Below are positions 16,937 through 29,342 of a stretch of 64,000 nt of DNA, piece by piece. Source of the DNA: Schmidtea polychroa (taxonomy: Eukaryota); the NCBI GenBank assembly GCA_044892525.1, contig CM097886.1, positions 162,428,312 through 162,492,311 of the forward strand. Direction: 5' to 3'. Made by a program: the position numbers and the translations under genes. Below the pieces are notes generated by a model that saw only the letters and a list, made by a program, of their open reading frames with translations, was not told the DNA's origin and did not search any database. Numbering within the stretch: position 1 is the stretch's first letter; the number at the start of each line of letters is the position of its first letter.

Positions 16937-19900
16937 AGGTGCGTGCCTGCATCAGTCCCAACATCTGCCCCAATCTCGAAGGAGACTGATGCAGACAGCA
17001 CAATAAATATTATTAAACATGATAAAAATTTGATAATAAAACGCGACCCAAAGATCTGGTTTACTGATGATGATATTGATAGTTTTCTCGAAAATCACAT
17101 CATCAACCCAAAATTTGCGTCTATTAAATGTTTTATTGTTGAGATTTTGTGCTCTAACCTTGAGAATGACATTTTCCCAATTCCGGAAAGAGTCTTGAAA
17201 GCACAAATAATATTATGCCCCCTTAACATCAACAAATCTCACTGGATCTTGTTCGTATATTGTAAGTCTTCTCTCATTTCTTACTTCATCGATCCAATCC
17301 TTCTCAATCGGCATAGTTTTACAAATAAAACAATAGCCCTTAAAATCACAATGGCTCTGAATGAATTATTTGACCTTAAAGCAGCCATGACTTTTCATCC
17401 ACATGATAACTTTTCGTACCAAAATAATAGTTACGATTGTGGGCCATACATCTGCGCATATGCCATGATGATTTGTGGAGAATGGCAGAGCTTGTCGGGC
17501 AGCTTCATCGAAACCATCAGGAAAGAGGTCCACCAATTTAAACTTACTCCCCAACAGAAAGATCCCAAAACATCGGGGGGTGGCCTTCCAAAATTCATGG
17601 AGACAATCAAACGGAATGGAGTTAAGAAAGTGAGTAATGGTAACCTGATATATCTCCAGAAACAAAACTCATGTGTCACATTCCTGATTAGTGAATGGTA
17701 TAAAAATAAGAGCAACATTACTGTTCTTTCTCCTGAACTGACATCGAATGTTATTGCACAAAACGATACATTCATTAGAGAAAATGTCACGTTTAAACAA
17801 TTTGCTGGAATAGAACATGTCATCAGTGTCATTCCAGACGACAAGAGTTGGAGTCTTTATCTTTTCTCTTTTGCTTTAGGAATCAGTTACATTTTCAACT
17901 TTAACAACCGAATTCTAACTGAGAGACTAATCGGTATAGGAGAAAACATGTCAGACTATATGAATAGATTTTTCCTTTCTCAAACGAAAATTAACTTCAA
18001 TAGTCACCACAACATCGATCACGGTTCCATAACATCTGGCGACCCACAGATATTTGCTTCTGTTTTCATTGAATTAGTCGAGAAACTACTTTTTGACAAT
18101 CAGGTTTCTCGCACAAGTATCAGTGAGTCCCTAAATTCTTTTAAACTTCACCAAGCAAATGAGATCTGCCAGAATTTAAATATGATTAATTTTAAAATTA
18201 GCGAAGAAATTATTTCAACTTATTTCAGTAATTTAAAATTAGATGTAAAATTTATATTGCTGATTCCGACGATTTGTTCTGCAATCATTGATGACTGCAC
18301 CGAACACATTAATGGGTTTTTAAATTATGAATGTCTCATTCAAGCACAGGTAATTTTTGCCATTATTGCACCCCCAAAACATCGGGAAATTCTTTTAATT
18401 CTCGATTATAACACTGATGAGTTTTATATTCTTAATCCTATTACGCTGACTGGAAGTGAAAACTGTCTATCTATTTGCAAGAGTCTTAGAAACAAAATTA
18501 ATGAAATTAAAGAAACACCTGGCCTTGTATTGAATTTTGGTGAATGTCCGCATGACACCCGCGGATCTGGCCTTGTAAGTAAAATTCTTATTTGCGCTTT
18601 CATTAAAAACTATGCGAACGACTTGCCCCTTGTAAATTTAAACCTGCGTGAGATAGGTAACATCATCAGTTCGCTACTTCCGATTATCAAAGAGTCAAAA
18701 AGATGTAAAAATTCAATCCCTACTAAAATATATAAAATCAAAGAAAGTAACTTAAACTTGAAACAGCGCAAAATCAAGATTGAGTTACTTCTCAGAAAAG
18801 TAATGTTTCTTAATGTAAATCAAATCATTGATGTTATCAATGAAGAGTTCCCAAATCGTTCAAAAACTACACTCAAACCGTATTTGGGTAATAAGAAAAA
18901 AACTCATAAAATCACTAAAAGCAAATTAATTACAAAATTCATGACTAACATGAAATCAACAGTTAACAAAATATTCAATGACATAGATGTCAGTGAACGA
19001 CCAACTTTTCAGAATATTGTTTTAAATTTCCTTATAAAATCTCCTTTTCAAGGAAATTGGAAAAACATTTTCAACTTCTGCAAACGTTCAGAGTAAGCAC
19101 TAAATCTGGAACTCTTCACAAATGTTGAAGTATTTGATGAACTGAAGAAAGCTGACAACACAAGTCCTGGTATGGATGGAATACAATATCGTGACTTATT
19201 GCTTCTTGATCCTGAGGGTAAACTGCTAACGTTTTTATATAATAAAATTATTTCCGACAAAATCATACCAGACAGTTGGAAGACTTTTAAAACCCTTCTT
19301 ACTCCTAAGCCTGGCAAAGAAGGCAAATATGACGACGTCTCATCTTGGCGCCCAATTGCTCTACTGTCTGTCATTTATAAGGTTTTTGCTTCTTGTCTAG
19401 CAAGTCGTCTGACGAGTTGGATAAACTCGAATGAACTGTTACACATTGGTCAGAAAGGTGGCTCAAAACATGATGGATGTGTTGAGCACAACTCGATTCT
19501 TTCTGCTGCATTAGAACATTCTAAGTATAGCGTAAACAAACCTCTTGCAATTGCCTGGCTCGACATAAAAGATGCTTTCGGCAGTGTTCCACATGATTAT
19601 ATGAGGTCCTTACTGCGATTCATTGGAGTGAGTGAAGAATTTGCATCCATCATCCAGATGCTATATTCCAACACAAGCACTTTCTATAGTTGTGGTCACA
19701 TTCTAACTCCAAATATTTCGATAAAGCAAGGTGTCAAGCAAGGATGCCCTATTTCCATGATTTTGTTTGCTTTGGCCATCAACCCAGTACTTGAAGCGGT
19801 ATCTCAATCTGATTCGAGACCCTTCAGGATAGGAAAATCTCCTGTTAAGATACTTGCTTATGCAGATGACATTGCTCTTGTTGCAAAATCTGTTGAAGAA

Positions 19901-21592
19901 CTACAAAAAATAACCGATATCGCTGTTGCAACTGCAGCTGAAATTGGTTTCGAATACCGACCTGAAAAATGTGGATACCTTCAACTGCCAAATATTGACA
20001 TAGAAAGTGAAATTTCAATAAATGGCATCAAAATTAGAAAGTTGCAATCTGAAGATTTCTATCAATATCTTGGAGTACCTGTAGGTGAAGAGACTGACCA
20101 AAATCCATATGACATCCTTGAAAAAGTGGTCTCTGACACGAGAAAGCTTGCTGATTCTGACTTACTTGGCTGGCAAAAACTAAAAGCCTATAAGATTTTT
20201 GTTCATTCACGATTGATCTTTCCCTTTAGAACTAGAGAGATTAAGACTAGTACTCTTTCGAAACCTAATAGCAACAAGAAACTTTCTGATAACATAACCA
20301 GTCAACTGAGAAGTTGCTTTAGAAAAATGCTGATTTTGCCAAAAAACTCCGAAGTAAGCTATTTCTATAACTCCACTGAAAATGGAGGGGCAAACTGTGT
20401 GGATCTTCTTGACGAATATCACACTCAGACAATAACACACATTTTCCGATTGCTAACATCAAAGTGTGACTTTGCTAAAAAGATCAACACTGATTCATTG
20501 AAATTTGTCACTGGTCCTCGTCTTGGTATAAAAGAACCCACTCTTCAAGAAAGTCTTGACTGGCTCAATGGTAAAGACATCAAATCACAGCACTCTGGTA
20601 AGAAAACGCGATTCCAGAGAGCCAGAAGTGCAATTGCATTTTTCGAAAAAACCCATAACATCAACATATCATTCATTGTCACAAACCATGAGACATCGCT
20701 CTATATAACAACCGCAACGCGTGGCACATGCATCTTGACTTCTGATCTTCGTCAAACAACTTCTAAGGTCTTGCACATGGCACTTTGTGACTCTTACCTT
20801 AGAAAATGGGAGAACGGTTGCACTTCCAACATCATTGCTTCAGCAATCAAACTTTCACCTCTAATAAATAAAGCAATTTTTCACGGTGATCTGTCTGAAT
20901 TTGCTTGGAACTTCATTCATCGTGCTCGCACAAACACTCTTTCAATCAATGCGAAGCCTTACAATAAAGGTGAAGAAAGACTTTGTCGTCGATGTCACAT
21001 TGAAGATGAGACAATGTCACACATCCTTCAGAATTGTAAGGTCCATCTAACTCTTAGTTCTGAGAGGCATGACAATTGTCTTAAACTAATTGCAAATCGT
21101 CTGAAAATCAAAGCTCATCTTATTGTCGTAGTAGATAACATGTGTTCACTTGTTCCAAACTCGAGGGAACGAGTGGACTTAATGATCACTGACTTGTCCA
21201 AAAAAACAATCTTTTTAGTTGATTTGAAATGTTCGAGCGACTCTGTCACTAACTTTGAACAAGTTGACAAACGTAATTTGAGGAAATATGATTCTTTAAA
21301 GAATGCAATACAGGCTGTCAAACCTGACTTTAAAGTCGAACTTGACACTTGCATTATTGGAGCTTTAGGGTCTTTTCCTTTGAAAACTTCTGAAATACTC
21401 TCTAAAGTAGGTATTAAGGATAAAGAGCTAAAATGTCTATTAAAGGAATGTGCGATAAGTAATATCACACATTCTGACAGGCGGTGGTATTACCACAAGA
21501 ACGGCACTTTAAAAGACATTGAAAAAGATCAGCTCTCAGATTTTGTAAATAATTCACTAAAGCCTGCAAGCAATAGCATCGTCAACTATTGA
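16937..21592 (+). pseudogene. ORF2, copy 3, broken by a premature TAA just upstream of the RT domain
   Basis: ORF track fragments 16943-19096 and 19172-21592 are in one frame; TCAGAGTAAGCA versus TCAGAGAAAGCA in copies 1 and 2. Confidence 0.9.
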
Positions 21593-22071
21593 TGTATATA
21601 TGTATTTTTTGTTATATATATATTTAGTATTTTAGATGTTCCTCGCCCTTAAGCGGACTTTAAAATATAATTATTTGTATAAATGTATTTGTTAGATAGC
21701 TAACAGGCTTTTGTACTTTGCAAAAGTTTATTTTAGATGCTGCAGATTGGATATTAGGTTTCTGATGATTGTCGTTAATATCGTTAGTCTAATCTCAAAA
21801 GAAAACTGATGATGATATGATCATAAATCAATAATCAAAATGCAATGCCAGAAATCAAGTCTGATGACCACAAAAAATCAGAGCCAAGGACGATTCGGTG
21901 AATTTAAAACAACAATTGAGTCGAAATGATTCCAAAAACAAAACATATCTGTGAAACATCCTCTTTCTGACTCTTATGTTGTTGTATCTCTTCCGAATGG
22001 CATGTTCCATGTAGAACATTGTCCAAATGTATAGAAAAGTCAAATTTATTATAATTAATAAACGTTATTAA

Positions 22072-22182
22072 GATGGCCGAGTGGTTAAGGCAGTGGACTT
22101 AAGATCCACTGGACAATGTCCGCGTGGGTTCGAACCCCACTTCTAGCAATATTTTTACTTTTCACTTTCGACAACAAATAAT
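22072..22182 (+). repeat. Single 111-bp target duplicate (tRNA-Leu nt 6 to +34) separating copies 3 and 4
   Basis: Only this segment lies between the two elements. It has one G>A change (GCAGTGG). Confidence 0.92.
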
Positions 22183-25100
22183 ATTTGATTTTCTGCTACT
22201 CTTAAATAATAAGTAGCCTGTTTATTTGTATCTGTATTTTGCAATGGATTGTAATAATTTGAAAATCAATTCTTTTTATTCTAAAAAAACTGGATTTATT
22301 TCTCGTTCCGACTCAGTGATGGAAGGATTCAATAAACTCAACGGTAAGGATATCAATGAAACTGGATTTGGTTCCTGCTCTCACTCAATGGAGGATGATT
22401 TCAATAAACTAAACCGTAAGGTTAATTTAATTATTAAATATATAAATAATTGTTTTATGGAACAAGTTGACGGTGCAATTGCTTGCACATAACTTTTTAA
22501 TAATTATATAAATAATGTTTATGATAATGTTTTTGAAGTCGAGGTCTCCAGAAAGTATGTTGACCGAAACTCTTCACCTTCTTATTCTTCAAGCATTAGA
22601 AAGGATTTTATAAATAGAAGCAATAGTTTTTGCGAAACTGATAAGAAAGTTGCTTCTGTGGAGTTTTCAACTAACAAAATTGACTTTTCTAGAGTCGTTA
22701 CAATCGACAACAAATGCATATTAAATAAAAATCTTTTAATAAATATAAATGAAAATTTCGATAAAAATAATGTATTTATAAAAAATCCATCTTTAAAAAA
22801 TGATTCCTTCCCCAGTGCATTGTCTTCCGAGCTTGAAAGTCCTAATTTAAAAATTACAATTAAAAATAATTTAATTAAAAAATTTAATTTACCTAGTTTT
22901 GAAAATGATAATTTACAGACCCATAAATTAGTTAACTTAAACAAAGGTAATTTTGATAATTATAATTTTAAAAATCAGAATTATAAAATTTCATCAAAAG
23001 ATATTTCAAAAGAAAATTTTTAAAAATAAAAAATTCCAAACTTCCCAGAAAACCAGTAAAGCTGTTAATAATTTAAATTTTGTGAAAAAAAATCAGAAAA
23101 CAAAATTAACTTTTAAAGCGGATAATATAAAGTTTGACAAGTCAACCCGAACATTGAATTCAAAAGAAAAACAAGAATTCTTTAGATGTTTCCCTCAATT
23201 TATAAAATTAATAAAATCAAAAGAAACTATTAATAAGCATCATAACATTAATAGTGAACTCTTGAAAATAACCCAGGCTGCAAACCCTCTAAAAATAATT
23301 GGATTTTCAAAATTCTTTTATAGGAATCACAACATCTGTATTTCTTTGAATTTTTTGAAAAATAACACTGTCCATAAAGTAAATCGTTTACTGAATGGAC
23401 ACACTAAAACACTCCTAATTGAATCCAAGGTTGTAAAATTTTACAACACAAAGAATAAGTTTGTTTCCGCATCCCCAACCATCAGACGGTTCTTATATGC
23501 TCTTTCTCAGAAATTAGCAGGGACCGCGTCCATTTCAAATACTAAGTACAGGGGCGTACAAATAAATAACATATTAAATGAAATCAAGCAACGAGGTGAA
23601 CTTTCTGATTATCTAATAAAATCAAAAATAAAATTTTCTAATGGGGATTTTGTTATGCTCGATATACTAAATAACTGTGAAGCTGATGATAACGATATTA
23701 CCTTAAAATCCTCAGCTCTTTCAAGATCAGAATTAAAAGATCTTTACCAGAAATTCCCCGACATTCAGGAGCTTTGTTTTACAGAAAACATAGAGAAAAA
23801 TCCTGAATTACTAAATAATTTAATTCATGACCTAAAATCAAATGAAAACTTTCCCAAAGAGATCTCATTTGTGGGGGGTAAACTAATCAAAACGTGTAAA
23901 ATACCAATTTCTGATGTCTCAAATGCTGAGAGTGAATCGGATATTATGTTCAATCTTGGCTTATTGAACCTCTACAACACAGCTGAGAATGACAAAACAT
24001 TAAGGTCTCTTTTCTGTCAGCCAAAATCGTCTGAAAAATTGGTTGACGTTATATTTTACCTAAACTATTTACAGTTAAAAGGTGACTTAAAATACATAAC
24101 AAATGGAACATATGGCGACTATGTCCACAACTACGTTCGTAATTCCTTGTTGATGTGCTCTGTTATTAACATGAGGACCTACTAACAAAATCAAGTAGGA
24201 AAACGAGGAAAGTAGTCTCCAAAATAAAATGAAGGTGCGTGCCTGCATCAGTCCCAACATCTGCCCCAATCTCGAAGGAGACTGATGCAGACAGCACAAT
24301 AAATATTATTAAACATGATAAAAATTTGATAATAAAACGCGACCCAAAGATCTGGTTTACTGATGATGATATTGATAGTTTTCTCGAAAATCACATCATC
24401 AACCCAAAATTTGCGTCTATTAAATGTTTTATTGTTGAGATTTTGTGCTCTAACCTTGAGAATGACATTTTCCCAATTCCGGAAAGAGTCTTGAAAGCAC
24501 AAATAATATTATGCCCCCTTAACATCAACAAATCTCACTGGATCTTGTTCGTATATTGTAAGTCTTCTCTCATTTCTTACTTCATCGATCCAATCCTTCT
24601 CAATCGGCATAGTTTTACAAATAAAACAATAGCCCTTAAAATCACAATGGCTCTGAATGAATTATTTGACCTTAAAGCAGCCATGACTTTTCATCCACAT
24701 GATAACTTTTCGTACCAAAATAATAGTTACGATTGTGGGCCATACATCTGCGCATATGCCATGATGATTTGTGGAGAATGGCAGAGCTTGTCGGGCAGCT
24801 TCATTGAGACCATCAGGAAAGAGGTCCACCAATTTAAACTTACTCCACAACAGAAAGATCCCAAAACATCGGGGGGTGGCCTTCCAAAATTCATGGAGAC
24901 AATCAAACGGAATGGAGTTAAGAAAGTGAGTAATGGTAACCTGATATATCTCCAGAAACAAAACTCATGTGTCACATTCCTGATTAGTGAATGGTATAAA
25001 AATAAGAGCAACATTACTGTTCTTTCTCCTGAACTGACATCGAATGTTATTGCACAAAACGATACATTCATTAGAGAAAATGTCACGTTTAAACAATTTG

Positions 25101-27543
25101 CTGGAATAGAACATGTCATCAGTGTCATTCCAGACGACAAGAGTTGGAGTCTTTATCTTTTCTCTTTTGCTTTAGGAATCAGTTACATTTTCAACTTTAA
25201 CAACCGAATTCTAACTGAGAGACTAATCGGTATAGGAGAAAACATGTCAGACTATATGAATAGATTTTTCCTTTCTCAAACGAAAATTAACTTCAATAGT
25301 CACCACAACATCGATCACGGTTCCATAACATCTGGCGACCCACAGATATTTGATTCTGTTTTCATTGAATTAGTCGAAAAACTACTTTTTGACAATCAGG
25401 TTTCTCGCACAAGTATCAGTGAGTCCCTAAATTCTTTTAAACTTCACCAAGCAAATGAGATCTGCCAGAATTTAAATATGATTAATTTTAAAATTAGCGA
25501 AGAAATTATTTCAACTTATTTCAGTAATTTAAAATTAGATGTAAAATTTATATTGCTGAATCCGACGATTTGTTCTGCAATCATTGATGATTGCACCGAA
25601 CACATTAATGAGTTTTTAAATTATGAATGTCTCATTCAAGCACAGGTAATTTTTGCCATCATTGCACCCCCAAAACATCGGGAAATTCTTTTAATTCTCG
25701 ATTATAACACTGATGAGTTTTATATTCTTAATCCTATTACGCTGACTGGAGGTGAAAACTGTCTTAGAAACAAAATTAATGAAATTAAAGAAACACCTGG
25801 CCTTGTTTTTGAATTTTGGTGAATGTCCGCATGACACCCGCGGATTTGGCCTTGTAAGTAAAATTCTTATTTGCGCTTTCATTAAAAACTATGCGAACGA
25901 CTTGCCCCTTGTAAATTTAAACCTGCGTGAGATAGGTAACATCATCAGTTCGCTACTTCCGATTATCAAAGAGTCAAAAAGATGTAAAAATTCAATCCCT
26001 ACTAAAATCAATAAAATCAAAGAAAGTAACTTAAACTTGAAACAGCGCAAAATCAAGATTGAGTTACTTCTCAGAAAAGTAATGTTTCTTAATGTAAATC
26101 AAATCATTGATGTCATCAATGAAGAGTTCCCAAATCGTTCAAAAACTACACTCAAACCGTATTTGGGTAATAAGAAAAAAACTCATAAAATCACTAAAAG
26201 CAAATTAATTACAAAATTCATGACTAACATGAAATCAACAGTTAACAAAATATTCAATGACATAGATGTCAGTGAACGACCAACTTTTCAGAATATTGTT
26301 TTAAATTTCCTTATAAAATCTCCTTTTCAAAGAAATTGGAATAGCATCTTCAACTTCTTCAAACGTTCAGAGTAAGCACTAAATCTGGAACTCTTCACAA
26401 ATGTTGAAGTTTTTGATGAACTGAAGAAAGCTGACAACACAAGTCCTGGTATGGATGGAATACAATATCGTGACTTGTTGCTTCTTGATCCTGAGGGTAA
26501 CTTGCTAACGTTTTTATATAATAAAATTATTTCCGACAAAATCATACCAGACAGTTGGAAGACTTTTAAAACTCTTCTAACTCCTAAGCCTGGCAAAGAA
26601 GGCAAATATGACGACGTCTCATCTTGGCGCCCAATTGCTCTACTGTCTGTCATTTATAAGGTTTTTGCTTCTTGTCTAGCAAGTCGTCTGACGAGTTGGA
26701 TAAACTCGAACGAATTGTTACACATTGGTCAGAAAGGTGGCTCAAAACATGATGGATGTGTTGAGCCCAACTCGATTCTTTCTGCTGCATTAGAACATTC
26801 TAAGTATAGCCTAAACAAACCTCTTGCAATTGCGTGGTTCGACATAAAAGATCCTTTCGGCAGTGTTCCACATGATTATATGAGGTCCTTACTGCGATTC
26901 ATTGGAGTGAGTGAAGAATTTGCATCCATCATCCAGATGCTATATTCCAACACAAGCACTTTCTATAGTTGTGGTCACATTCTAACTCCAAATATTTCGA
27001 TAAAGCAAGGTGTCAAGCAAGGATGCCCTATTTCCATGATTTTGTTTGCTTTGGCCATCAACCCAGTACTTGAAGCGGTATCTCAATCTGATTCGAGACC
27101 CTTCAGGATAGGAAAATCTCCTGTTAAGATACTTGCTTATGCAGATGACATTGCTCTTGTTGCAAAATCTGTTGAAGAACTACAAAAAATAACCGATATC
27201 GCTGTTGCAACTGCAGCTGAAATTGGTTTCGAATACCGACCTGAAAAATGTGGATACCTTCAACTGCCAAATATTGACATAGAAAGTGAAATTTCAATAA
27301 ATGGCATCAAAATTAGAAAGTTGCAATCTGAAGATTTCTATCAATATCTTGGAGTACCTGTAGGTGAAGAGACTGACCAAAATCCATATGACATCCTTGA
27401 AAAAGTGGTCTCTGACACGAGAAAGCTTGCTGATTCTGACTTACTTGGCTGGCAAAAACTAAAAGCCTATAAGATTTTTGTTCATTCACGATTGATCTTT
27501 CCCTTTAGAACTAGAGAGATTAAGACTAGTACTCTTTCGAAAC
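22183..27543 (+). mobile_element. Retrotransposon copy 4, decayed (frameshifts, 694-bp deletion in ORF1, 3'-truncated)
   Basis: Same 5' junction; deletion junction at 24172/24173; frameshifts near 25.76-25.81 kb; TAA at 26373-26375. Ends ...CTTTCGAAAC, fused to the tRNA anticodon loop. Confidence 0.93.
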
Positions 27544-27593
27544 TTAAGATCCACTGGACAATGTCCGCGTGGGTTCGAACCCCACTTCTAGCA
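27542..27593 (+). pseudogene. 3' part of tRNA-Leu(UAA), from the anticodon loop onward
   Basis: ACTTAAGATCCACTGGAC...CACTTCTAGCA, followed by a diverged array spacer. Confidence 0.88.
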
Positions 27594-27733
27594 ATATTTT
27601 TACTTTTCACTTTCGACAGCAAATAATTTTGCTCTTAAAAATATTTTTGAAGGTTAAATATCGTTTCTCCTCATTAATAACGTGAAGAAGCTTGATTTTG
27701 GTTTATTAATTTTTTGAAAGTAAATTTTTCAGA

Positions 27734-27787
27734 GCTAAGATGGCCGAGTGGTTAAGGCGGTGGACTTAATATATTCTGGACAATGTC
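27734..27787 (+). pseudogene. Degenerate, 3'-truncated tRNA-Leu at the array edge
   Basis: GCTAAGATGGCCGAGTGGTTAAGGCGGTGGACTTAATATATTCTGGACAATGTC; anticodon stem mutated and T arm missing. Confidence 0.85.
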
Positions 27788-29342
27788 AAATTTAAGGTTT
27801 CTATTATGAACCAATAAAGCTAAAATTCTGTTTTCATCACCTTGGGATTTCCCGATTATTGCTTTAAAGAACCTTATTACATAAAAAATATTTTAAGTAA
27901 TAACCATCGTTATTATTCTAACACTTTTGATATATTGTCTTTATTGCTTTCTTTATAGTTACTATGGGGAAATCAAATACTCAACTCAAACTCTGCTTTT
28001 CGTGTTCGGAAAAGAACGCCTTTCCCTCCAGATTGATAAATATAAGCAGGGCTCACTTGACCCTGTTACAAGAGCAGTTGCAAACCTTGTATTAGGTATA
28101 TACGAAGCGCGAGCTGGAAGCTCGAATACAGGGATTGAGTTTCGCTGAGAGAGCTAACGTCATTCTAGCTTACCATCTAGCCACTACCGAAGAGATGATC
28201 CGATCAACAACCTGCGTCGGGTGCTCATTGCATGTGACCGCCTCTCGGTCACGGGCCTAACTGCATCAACTAGTTATGTAAAGCCTTCGACAATCATCGA
28301 TCTCTGTACAGCTAGTCAACACATCCGGTCGGAGCCCAACGTGTGGAAGCCGAAAATGAAAGCGGCACCTTTAACCTATTATGTACGGATATTAATCCAC
28401 CCGAACTCGATCTTGCTGCATCTGACCTGGCTTTTTCTTTCACTATAGATTCTGCTATCTTCAATCTGGACGAGTTGTTGGCCGAAGCCGAAAGGGATTG
28501 GATGTAACCAACCTGGAACAAATCCTAGTATCATAATTTTGTTGATTGTGTTTCATCAAATAAATTTTGTTTTACTTCTTTGATTTCTTGTTTTAATTTA
28601 TCCCTTGATGCATCATAATAAGTTGTTATTGCATTCATCTTAATGTTCAGGTTATGTTCATGTATTCGTAAACAAATTAATACATCTCGTAGATAATGAG
28701 GACCACCAAATTTCACGTGTTACGAACGTATCAACTTAGCATCGTGGTCATAGACCTAAGTCCTTTTAGCGTCAGTCTAGAACCTAATCAGAGAGTATAG
28801 GAAAGAGTAGTTTTAACACAGAAGCTCATCTGTCTATTGACTCTCGACAACTGTGTGCATCACCAACATGACTATCGTCATGGGTACACAGGTCGGAAAA
28901 CAAAAGTCATGAAGCGTTTACCCAAGAGCTGATAAACACTATCTCGTTTCGCTTTTATCTTGCCTGTAAACGCCAACAATTAACTTAAAATGTTGCAGAT
29001 GCTAAAATAATAATTGATGATGTAAGTATTATTATTGAGAAATTCATCATGTTTTATTAAATAACTTAACCGTAGATTTGGTATTTTAATAGAAATATAT
29101 CAATAAACCTGATTGTATTCTTAACAAAATGCAAATGAATGTTATTTAATATTTATACATTTCTAACTTTCGCTACTTTTTATTATCCTTATTATCCATA
29201 TTATCCTTTTAACACTTTTTAGGTAACATTTTCTCCTTTCAAACTAATATTATTCTCACAACTCAAATATATGTATTCTTATTTGTTTATTTCAATAAAT
29301 AAACCATTTATTTATAATACCTTTCTTAAATACTTCCGTATG

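Larger units (their letters stand above)
14195..22071 (+). mobile_element. Full-length retrotransposon copy 3 (7,877 bp; nonsense mutation in ORF2)
   Basis: Same length and junctions as copy 2; AAA>TAA change at 19094-19096. Confidence 0.95.

Noticed and set aside
1532-28148. Many short antisense ORFs inside the retrotransposon copies (e.g. 1532-1858, 3599-3952, 5946-6308, 8783-9196, 4339-4527)
   Set aside because: They are shadows of the sense ORFs or UTRs and recur only because the copies are near-identical. No motifs.
27927-28980. Possible LTR or gag relics after the array (TGTTACG at 28718; short ORFs)
   Set aside because: No TSD, partner LTR or recognisable protein motif.
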